From positions 724 through 64,723 of the forward strand of contig JACQNJ010000019.1 of assembly GCA_016203115.1 (NCBI GenBank): a stretch of DNA of 64,000 bases, read 5' to 3'. Shown piece after piece: positions 56,738-64,000 of the stretch; the first letter of the stretch is position 1; each line of letters begins with the position of its first letter. The notes beneath the pieces are model-generated. The model did not search any database, had not been told where the DNA came from, and worked only from the letters and a program-made list of their open reading frames with translations. The position numbers and the translations under genes are program-made. The stretch comes from Candidatus Woesearchaeota archaeon. GTDB taxonomy: Archaea; Nanobdellota; Nanobdellia; SCGC-AAA011-G17; GW2011-AR20.

Positions 56738-57637
56738 CTAATCTTTCCTAATTTTAGCGACAAAAAACCCGGAAGTGTCATTGTCCTGGGGCCATATTCT
56801 CAAGCATTTTTTTATATCTTTAGAGAGTATCTCCCCCTTGCTCTCTAAAACAGGATTAGACCTTTTGATATTCAAAGAAATTTCCTCTAATCTAGCATTT
56901 TCATATTTCTGTAATAAAAAATTCACAACTTCTTCATTTTCCTCAGGAGAGATAGAGCATGTAGAATAAACCATAGTCCCATTTTCCCTTAAAATATCAA
57001 AACAGTGGCTAATAAGCCCTTTTTGTGCTCCTGCCAATTTCTTGTACATATTTGGGTTCCATATCTTAATTGTTTTCAAAGACTTCCTTATGGTTCCAGT
57101 GCCAGAGCAGGGAGCATCCAGTAATATCTTGTCAAATTTCATGGTTATAGATTCAGCCCAGGATTTTGTTAGAACAACATTTGAAACACCACATCTCTGC
57201 AGATTAGTGGACAGAGCCCTAATCCTGTCATCTTTAATGTCATTTGCCACAATAATCCCTTCATTATGCATCATCGCCGCCATTTGGGTTGTCTTGCTTC
57301 CAGGAGAAGCGCATGCATCTAAGACAATATCCCCTACTTTAGGATTTAAAACAATAGGCGGAATCATAGAAGCAGACTCCTGGATATAGTAAAATCCTAG
57401 TTGATGTTCTCTTAAGTTTCCTAAGTCCGTTCTCTCCCCTTTAACAAAAAATCCTTCCTTGCACCATGGAACTTGCCTGAACTCATAACAATTCATCCTT
57501 TTCTTTAATTCCTTTACAGAGATTTTCAAAGTATTGACTCTAATAGACTTGCAGAGGTCTTTAAGCGAAAACTCAATAAACAGATCAATATCGGTTAAAG
57601 AAGAATACTTTTGAAGAAATTTTTCTTTAAACTCCAT
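56738..57637 (-). CDS. RsmB/NOP2-family RNA m5C methyltransferase
   Basis: D.CASPGSKT, DAPCSG, YSTCS..PEENE, GFFVA. Confidence 0.94.
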   Translation of the reverse strand: MEFKEKFLQKYSSLTDIDLFIEFSLKDLCKSIRVNTLKISVKELKKRMNCYEFRQVPWCKEGFFVKGERTDLGNLREHQLGFYYIQESASMIPPIVLNPKVGDIVLDACASPGSKTTQMAAMMHNEGIIVANDIKDDRIRALSTNLQRCGVSNVVLTKSWAESITMKFDKILLDAPCSGTGTIRKSLKTIKIWNPNMYKKLAGAQKGLISHCFDILRENGTMVYSTCSISPEENEEVVNFLLQKYENARLEEISLNIKRSNPVLESKGEILSKDIKKCLRIWPQDNDTSGFFVAKIRKD

Positions 57638-57714
57638 AAAAAAAAAGAGAAAACATGCCTTAAAAGGATTACTGTTGATAAAACTTTAAATACTTCTTCA
57701 GTAAACTAAGTGAA

Positions 57715-58665
57715 ATGCAAATAGATATAAAAAAAGGTTTTACAGTTTATAGCACAGAAGGTAATTGTATAGTCGCTTGCCCTCATACAGGTCCTGCACT
57801 GGAAAGATCTACATCAAGAGATGATAACAGTGATACTGTAGGAAGCGCTTTATGGAGGCTGCTAGGAGGTAAATTAATCATAGGAAACCTCTCAAGAGGC
57901 AGAATTCTAGGAATAGATTTTAACAGAGATATTCCAAACATGAAAACCGCAATTTCCATGTATGGTAAAGTCTCAGAAAAAGATGAATTCTATGAATACA
58001 GGAAAAAATATGCATGGGTTGCCCAAGATGAAAAAGATTATGAAACAAGATTAAAAATATACCAAAATTTCTGGGCAGAGGTAGAATCAGGTTCAACAAT
58101 TATATTAATACATAGACAGTTTAACAGGTTAAAAAGCCTGCCAGGAATAATGGATTTCATAGAACTTCAAAAAAAAAAGGAAGACATAGTAAAATCTATA
58201 GAAAAGGTAAACAGTAAATATGCCTCATTTTTAAGAAAAGTAGACAAGCCCTACAAGCAAGCTGTTTTATATGAAACAGAAAGAATGATTGCAAATGTAA
58301 TAAAAAAATATAATGCCTTCGATTTGCGATTATTGAGCAAAGAGCAAAAGTATATTTTCGCAAGAGATCTAAAGATAGCTGCAAAATACTGCAAGCCTTA
58401 CATTCTCAATAGGTTAAGGGAAAGCATGACACCCCAGAATTATTTAAAAGCTGCAAAAAGCGCATTGGAAAACTCCCCTTACCCAAAAATAACATTCCAA
58501 AACACATTCAATGGGGAAATGGCTCATGCTCCAAGAAGGAAATTGTTTGGAATGAAGGACAAGTTTGTTATAGAGGTAGAAGGGAGTCATTTTATTAATT
58601 TATGGTATCCTGAAGTAGCAGCATCAATAATAAAGGATTTCATGGAAGCTATAAATAAGAAATAA
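57715..58665 (+). CDS. hypothetical protein, possible N-formylglutamate amidohydrolase-like Zn hydrolase
   Basis: PHTG...D, DFNR, LIH, IEVE pattern. Confidence 0.45.
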   Translation: MQIDIKKGFTVYSTEGNCIVACPHTGPALERSTSRDDNSDTVGSALWRLLGGKLIIGNLSRGRILGIDFNRDIPNMKTAISMYGKVSEKDEFYEYRKKYAWVAQDEKDYETRLKIYQNFWAEVESGSTIILIHRQFNRLKSLPGIMDFIELQKKKEDIVKSIEKVNSKYASFLRKVDKPYKQAVLYETERMIANVIKKYNAFDLRLLSKEQKYIFARDLKIAAKYCKPYILNRLRESMTPQNYLKAAKSALENSPYPKITFQNTFNGEMAHAPRRKLFGMKDKFVIEVEGSHFINLWYPEVAASIIKDFMEAINKK

Positions 58666-58666
58666 C

Positions 58667-58751
58667 TGCGCGAGCCGAGATTCGAACTCGGGCCACTGCC
58701 TCTTTGCATAAGCATGGCAAGGCAATATAATAACCACTATACTACTCGCGC
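58667..58751 (-). tRNA. tRNA-Gly(GCC) with 13-nt intron at 37/38 (58702-58714)
   Basis: GCGCGAG/CTCGCGC, TTGCC/GGCAG, TT-GCC-A, CCGAG-TTCGAAT-CTCGG; TTGC pairs with intron GCAA. Confidence 0.93.
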
Positions 58752-58808
58752 TTAAACACCGACCAATCATTCATATTTATAAAATTAATTAAAACAGAAA
58801 CCCAGTTT

Positions 58809-60539
58809 CTAACAAGTAGAATAACATCCTTGTCCAGGTCTCCAGCACTTGCCAGAAGCTACACAACAATCATAATCTGATCCAGCCGCACAGTTCGCTT
58901 GACAAATTCCATCAGATGTAGCTGAACATGTTCCAAAGGTTAAACCGGAAGCATAACACCCGTAGCCATCATACCAAGTTTTACCAGAAGCAACACAACA
59001 GTCATAATCAGAACCAGCAGCACAACTAGATTGACAAATTCCATCAGATGTAGCTAAACACTGCCCTACAGTTGAACCTGCAGGATAACAGCCATATCCT
59101 TGATACCACACCTTACCAGAAGATGTACAGCAATCATAATCTGATCCAGCCGCACAAGTATTAGGGCATTGATAATCCGCATAATCATAACAAACTCCAG
59201 AATTCGGATAAGTAATGCTTGTATTTGAAAGTGAAGTAGTATTTCCAGAGGGTTGAGTAGTATTTCCTGAAGTGCCATTAGATAATTGACCACCCCCACC
59301 AGTATTATTGGCTGTAAGCAAAACACATCTATCAGTAGAATTATCTCTTCCATACCCCGGTTTACAAGCCCAGCAAGAATATACAGCCGAATTACAAGTG
59401 TAGTCAGTCCTTACAATTGTATTTGAATCATAAAGAGTATTGTAATTGTTTACCCTACAACCCACCCAAGGATATAAGTTAAATAAGTTCATAGCAGGAC
59501 AAGGAGGAACAGCAAGTTGATCTTTACATGTACCATTAATATATATGTTACAGCTAAAATAAGTATTCCTGACAAGACCATTTGGCGCGCAAGAATACTC
59601 AAGATTATTATTGTCAGTACTGCTCCCATAAGCGCATCTTGTAAGGCCTAATGGGCTGTCACAAACATTACTTGTAACTGTTCCCTTGGAAAAGTAATTC
59701 ATTCCGCTTGGGCTATTGTAGTAATCTGCTCCCCTATCATCACTATCATAACATCTTGAAACATTTGTAGGACAATCTCCAGAACAAGAGCTAGCCTCGT
59801 TTAACTCACAAAAACCATTTCCACACACAGGGGTTTTATAAGGATCAGATTCATCATTATCTGCAATATTTGCACAACCTAGATCAGTTGGATAATCTAT
59901 TTTGCCATCCCAGTCATTGTCTAAACCATTACCACAAGACATACCTGTTATATTGTATTCTTGTGTTTGATTATCTCCACCTTGAGTCTGGTTAGTTTCT
60001 CCTCCTGTTTGATTTTCTCCTCCTTGAGGTTGGTTATTTCCTCCTGTCTCATTCCCATGATTCTGAGATTGAGAACCTTCACCACTAACTTCTCCAGAAC
60101 AAGTTCCAACAAGATTTGTTCCATCTCCTGTATAAGTATAATTCGCACCAGTATTCAAATCAGTATAGCCTATAAGTACCTCATACTCATAGTTTTGCCC
60201 TAAAACACAACTTCCAACATCATAAGTCAGCACCATAGTATTTCCAGGAGATAGGGTAGCATCCTCCACAGGAACATCAACAGAATTAATCTTGACATTA
60301 TCTAACTTAACAGGAGAATCTAAATTATTTTTTAAAACAAAAGTATCATTTCCAACAGAAGTAACAGCATAATTCTTAAATCCAACTAGCGCCTTAGTAT
60401 TCCAAAAAAGTTTGCTTGTCTTGACAGAAGCATTTTCACCTACTCCAGGCAACCCACCCAAAGCTGCAACAACAATCAATGCAACAACAATAACAACACC
60501 TAGAATAATTAAATACTCAGTAGAAGTTTGACCCTTCAT
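58809..60539 (-). CDS. class III signal peptide (type IV pilin-like) adhesin with Cys-rich repeats
   Basis: KG/QTSTEYLIILGVVIVVALIV; NxT-rich linker; C.NG.DND.DG.IDYP.D.GC; three 44-aa repeats. Confidence 0.85.
   Translation of the reverse strand: MKGQTSTEYLIILGVVIVVALIVVAALGGLPGVGENASVKTSKLFWNTKALVGFKNYAVTSVGNDTFVLKNNLDSPVKLDNVKINSVDVPVEDATLSPGNTMVLTYDVGSCVLGQNYEYEVLIGYTDLNTGANYTYTGDGTNLVGTCSGEVSGEGSQSQNHGNETGGNNQPQGGENQTGGETNQTQGGDNQTQEYNITGMSCGNGLDNDWDGKIDYPTDLGCANIADNDESDPYKTPVCGNGFCELNEASSCSGDCPTNVSRCYDSDDRGADYYNSPSGMNYFSKGTVTSNVCDSPLGLTRCAYGSSTDNNNLEYSCAPNGLVRNTYFSCNIYINGTCKDQLAVPPCPAMNLFNLYPWVGCRVNNYNTLYDSNTIVRTDYTCNSAVYSCWACKPGYGRDNSTDRCVLLTANNTGGGGQLSNGTSGNTTQPSGNTTSLSNTSITYPNSGVCYDYADYQCPNTCAAGSDYDCCTSSGKVWYQGYGCYPAGSTVGQCLATSDGICQSSCAAGSDYDCCVASGKTWYDGYGCYASGLTFGTCSATSDGICQANCAAGSDYDCCVASGKCWRPGQGCYSTC
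58812..59200 (-). repeat. three tandem 132-bp (44-aa) Cys-rich repeats
   Basis: CCAGAAG at 58852, 58984, 59116; CAAGSDYDCC.SGK.W..G.GCY x3. Confidence 0.9.
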
Positions 60540-60704
60540 AGGATGTAATTTATCTTTTTGAATAAAATTCACCTCTTAAAACAAAAATAAAATGAAGTTT
60601 ATATACTTTCCTATGTTGCTCTGACCTCTCAAATATTTTTTAACTTATGTTAATCAATAAAATCAAGCAAACCTTTTTATATAAAACCAGATATAATCTT
60701 CTAA

Positions 60705-62066
60705 ATGATATATGATCTAGTAATTCTAGGTGGAGGAAGCGCAGGATATAGCGCAGCCATGACTGCATTAAAGTTCAAAAAGAAAGTTTGCATAATAGAA
60801 AAAGGTCCTTTTGGGGGCTTATGCATTCTAAAAGGTTGTATGCCTTCTAAAACATTAATTTATTCTGCAAGAATCAATGAAATAATAAAAAAATCAAAAA
60901 CATTTGGAATAGATATTAAAGGAAAAATAAACATAGACCCAGCCAGCATAATAAACAGAAAAAACAAAATCATTCAGGGATTCGCAGACTACAGAAAAAA
61001 TATTATAAAAAATAAAAGAGATATAAATTTAATATACGGAGAGGCAAAATTCATCTCAAAAAATGAAGTAGAAGTTAATAAAAGAGTAATAAAAGGAAAA
61101 AATTTCTTGATTTCTACAGGAAGCAAAGAATCAATACCGCCAATACTTGGACTAAAAGAAACAGGATATATAATTAGTGATGAAGCCCTAGAATTAAAAA
61201 AATTTCCAAAAAGCTTAGCAATATTGGGTGGAGGTCCTGTAGCAATTGAACTAGGTTATTATTTCAATGGGTTAGGAGTAAAAACAGCAATCATCCAGAG
61301 AAGCGAGCAAATCCTAAGCAATAATGATTTAGATTGTGCAAAAGAATTAGAAAATGCATTAAAGAATAAAGGAATTTCAATTTACACAAACACTTCAATA
61401 AAAAGTTTTTCAAAAAGCAATAAAGGAAAGAAAATAATTTTTGACCACAATAAACAAGAAAAAGAAATAATAGCCGATGAAATCTTAGTGGCATTTGGAA
61501 GAAAACCAAATTTAGAAGGATTAAATGTTGAAAAAGCAGGCATAAAACCAGAAAAAGGGCTAATAAAAAATAGCAATTATCTAGAAACAAACACAAAAAA
61601 TATTTACATTGCAGGAGATTCAAGTGCTAATTTAGCAGTTGTAAATGTAGCAGTTGAAGAAGGCAGAGTAGCAGCAACAAACATGTTTTCAAAAAATAAA
61701 GAAAAAATAGACTATAGTGCATTTCCAATGGCAGTCTTCTCTCATCCAGAATTTGCATGGATTGGTTTATCAGAAAAAGAGGCTGAGGAAAAAAAGATTA
61801 ATGTAAAGATAGGTAAGTTTTATTTCAAGGATTTAGGGAAAGCAGAATGCATAGACGAAACAGAAGGATTCATAAAATTCATAGCAGATAAAAAAACAAA
61901 TAAGATTTTAGGAGTAAGCATCGTAGGTCATGAAGCTTCTGACTTAATTCATGAAGCCATACCTTTACTATACTTCAAAGCAACATTAGATGACTTGAAA
62001 AAAATGCCCCATTTACATCCTACATTTGGAGAAATCTACAGCTATTTAGTAGATGAAATGATATGA
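60705..62066 (+). CDS. pyridine nucleotide-disulfide oxidoreductase (dihydrolipoamide dehydrogenase-like)
   Basis: GGGSAG, GGLCILKGCMPSK, GGGPVAIE, HPTFGE; no MerA C-terminal CC. Confidence 0.9.
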   Translation: MIYDLVILGGGSAGYSAAMTALKFKKKVCIIEKGPFGGLCILKGCMPSKTLIYSARINEIIKKSKTFGIDIKGKINIDPASIINRKNKIIQGFADYRKNIIKNKRDINLIYGEAKFISKNEVEVNKRVIKGKNFLISTGSKESIPPILGLKETGYIISDEALELKKFPKSLAILGGGPVAIELGYYFNGLGVKTAIIQRSEQILSNNDLDCAKELENALKNKGISIYTNTSIKSFSKSNKGKKIIFDHNKQEKEIIADEILVAFGRKPNLEGLNVEKAGIKPEKGLIKNSNYLETNTKNIYIAGDSSANLAVVNVAVEEGRVAATNMFSKNKEKIDYSAFPMAVFSHPEFAWIGLSEKEAEEKKINVKIGKFYFKDLGKAECIDETEGFIKFIADKKTNKILGVSIVGHEASDLIHEAIPLLYFKATLDDLKKMPHLHPTFGEIYSYLVDEMI

Positions 62067-62197
62067 AAACCTATAAATGCAATATCTGTGGATTTTTATA
62101 TAAAGACCAAGAATTAGCAAAGAAATGCTATACTTGGTGTAAAAAGCATAAAAGTTGTAATTCAGATATTGTAAAGCATTCTATAAATCTATCTTAG
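62063..62197 (+). CDS. 44-aa Cys/His-rich small protein (not in ORF track)
   Basis: MKTYKCNICGFLYKDQELAKKCYTWCKKHKSCNSDIVKHSINLS; ATGA overlap with upstream gene. Confidence 0.7.
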   Translation: MKTYKCNICGFLYKDQELAKKCYTWCKKHKSCNSDIVKHSINLS

Positions 62198-62198
62198 T

Positions 62199-63257
62199 TT
62201 ATTGTAGACTATTATTTCTACAACAACCTTTACCATTTTTCCTATAGTCAAACATTACCTGTTTTTCAATAAGTCTTTTTAGAATTCCAGGAATAATGCC
62301 TGGAAAAACAAAATTTTTAGAGACAAAGATACCATTATAAGATCCTAGACTAATAACCAAAGGGGTTTTCTTAGAAACATATTTCACTAAACTCTTCCCA
62401 TTAATACCATTAATTATATTTTTACAAATAGTTTCAGCATGCCTTCTGGCATTTTGTGCAGTTCTCTCTTCATTTAAACTAACAACATCCCCTCCTACAA
62501 AAATAGAATCAGAAATTCTAAGATATTCATCAACTATCAAATACCCTTTAGCATCAAACTTAACATCAAAACCTTTAAAATCAAATTTCGAATTAGGAAT
62601 TATGCCAGTACAGATAAAAGCAAAATCAGCAACTAACTGCTTTCCTTTTTCAGTTAAAAAATTATTTTTTCCGAATTTTACAACTTTATCATCAAAAATT
62701 ATTTCACATTCTTTTTTTAATAAAAATTCTTTAGCATAATCTCCAACTTTCTCAGGATTTCTTTTTAATAATCTGCTCCCTTGTTCTATCAAAGTGACTT
62801 CCTTATTAGTGTAAGTCAATAATTCAGCTGCCATTTCAACACCTACAAGTCCTCCACCTATAACAAGTATGTGCTCAGCCTTCTCTATTTCATTATGAAA
62901 ATTAACCAAATCCTCAGACCTGGAAACAGCAGTTATTATATTAGATTTAAATGGAGATCTATAAATAGAGCCAGAAGACAAAATTAAATAATCATAATTA
63001 ATAATTTTATTATTAACTCTGACATAATCTTTAGTGACGGTTTCTACAGTGCCGATTATTATTTTAGCCTTTCTCAAATAGTCTTCATGTCTCACTCTAA
63101 TCTTATCCCTGTGTTCTATATCACAAACAACATGGGGAATACCAGGAGTAAATTCAAAATAATCCTTTGAATCAATAAGAATAACATCAAATTTTTTCTC
63201 AAGTTTCCTAGCACAATAACTCCCGCAGAATCCTCCCCCTACAATAACAACCACCAT
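62199..63257 (-). CDS. FAD/NAD(P)-dependent oxidoreductase (NDH-2/AIFM2-like)
   Basis: GGGFCG, GGGLVGVEMAAE, FVGGD. Confidence 0.85.
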   Translation of the reverse strand: MVVVIVGGGFCGSYCARKLEKKFDVILIDSKDYFEFTPGIPHVVCDIEHRDKIRVRHEDYLRKAKIIIGTVETVTKDYVRVNNKIINYDYLILSSGSIYRSPFKSNIITAVSRSEDLVNFHNEIEKAEHILVIGGGLVGVEMAAELLTYTNKEVTLIEQGSRLLKRNPEKVGDYAKEFLLKKECEIIFDDKVVKFGKNNFLTEKGKQLVADFAFICTGIIPNSKFDFKGFDVKFDAKGYLIVDEYLRISDSIFVGGDVVSLNEERTAQNARRHAETICKNIINGINGKSLVKYVSKKTPLVISLGSYNGIFVSKNFVFPGIIPGILKRLIEKQVMFDYRKNGKGCCRNNSLQ

Positions 63258-63266
63258 AAAAGTAAA

Positions 63267-64000
63267 TCATTTTATAAGCTTTAAAAGAATTGCTTTTTGG
63301 ATAAACAATCTATTCCCAGCTTGATCCAAAACAATTGATCTTCTAGAATCTATAACATCTGAAGTTACTTCTTCTCCCCTCATAGCAGGTAGACAATGCA
63401 TAAAAAGAGCCTTTCCTGCTTTATTCATTAATTCAGAGTTAACCTGATATTTTTTTAACAGCTTTACTCTTTTTGTATGCTCCGATTTAGGAATCTGATA
63501 GGACATCCAAGAATCAACATAAACTATATTGGCGTTTTTAATTGCCTTGTTAACGTTTTGAGTAACTTCAATATTTCTAGAATTTTTCAAAACAGAATTT
63601 AAAGGTTGCATTTCTTTAGGACAAGCTATTGAAAGTTTAATGTTTAATTTAGAGCAAGCAAAAATCAAAGAATGTGTGACATTGTTTTTCGCATCACCAA
63701 AATAAGCTATTTTAATATTGCTTAATTTTCTTAATTTTTCTTTAATAGTCAACAAATCCCCCAAAATTTGGCATGGATGTTCATAGTCAGTTAAACCACT
63801 AATTACAGGTATTGAAGAATTTTTAGCTAGTTTAATCAAATCATCTTGAGAATACAATCTTGCCATTATAACATCAACATATCTTGAAACAACTTTTGCT
63901 GTATCCTCTAGAGATTCCTTTCCTTTTCCTAGAGGAGATCCAGCTAAATCGTAATATATAGTATGCCCACCGAGCTGATACATTGCCACTTCAAATGATA
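63267..64000 (-). CDS. argF: ornithine carbamoyltransferase (5' end beyond window)
   Basis: HPCQ.LGD, GD..NNV..S, DSWMS, MHCLPA.RG.EV. Confidence 0.92.
   Translation of the reverse strand, partial: SFEVAMYQLGGHTIYYDLAGSPLGKGKESLEDTAKVVSRYVDVIMARLYSQDDLIKLAKNSSIPVISGLTDYEHPCQILGDLLTIKEKLRKLSNIKIAYFGDAKNNVTHSLIFACSKLNIKLSIACPKEMQPLNSVLKNSRNIEVTQNVNKAIKNANIVYVDSWMSYQIPKSEHTKRVKLLKKYQVNSELMNKAGKALFMHCLPAMRGEEVTSDVIDSRRSIVLDQAGNRLFIQKAILLKLIK

Noticed and set aside
58812-59200. CRISPR array or DGR template/variable pair
   Set aside because: Repeats are in-frame coding units differing mainly at synonymous sites; no spacers, cas genes or reverse transcriptase in the window
60705-62066. Mercuric reductase MerA
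   Set aside because: Lacks the C-terminal vicinal Cys pair and keeps HPTxxE of Lpd-like enzymes; the CC in the tail of the convergent 62199 gene looks incidental

Overview
AT-rich, gene-dense chromosomal segment of a DPANN archaeon, most likely Woesearchaeota-like (inferred from rpl15e, TFE, XPD, archaeal ProRS, oapABC, split ADP-forming acetyl-CoA synthetase, Mre11/Rad50, intron-containing tRNAs, and many Lys-rich and Cys-rich hypothetical proteins). It holds about 65 CDS and five tRNA genes, all intron-containing; the initiator tRNA-Met carries two introns. No integrase, transposase, CRISPR array or rRNA was seen. The most unusual signal is a set of exported proteins that carry bacterial diderm-envelope features. 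7166..8143 looks like an 8-stranded outer-membrane beta-barrel ending in a BAM-type C-terminal Phe and has clustered FCB-type D(S/T)x glycosylation motifs. 47552..48685 is a Tat-signal protein with an inserted TAVEQSSWGLIK segment resembling the W-G-x-I-K motif I recall from Latescibacterota/Poribacteria secreted proteins. Together these suggest, as inference only, host-mimicking proteins aimed at a bacterial partner. Other points: a circularly permuted CcdA in a thiol-redox cluster, a frameshifted CxxC-x17-CxxC gene, a probable ATA start codon, two small ORFs missing from the ORF track, a TrmB operator and a promoter shared by two surface-protein genes. All family assignments come from motif recognition by eye; no searches were run.
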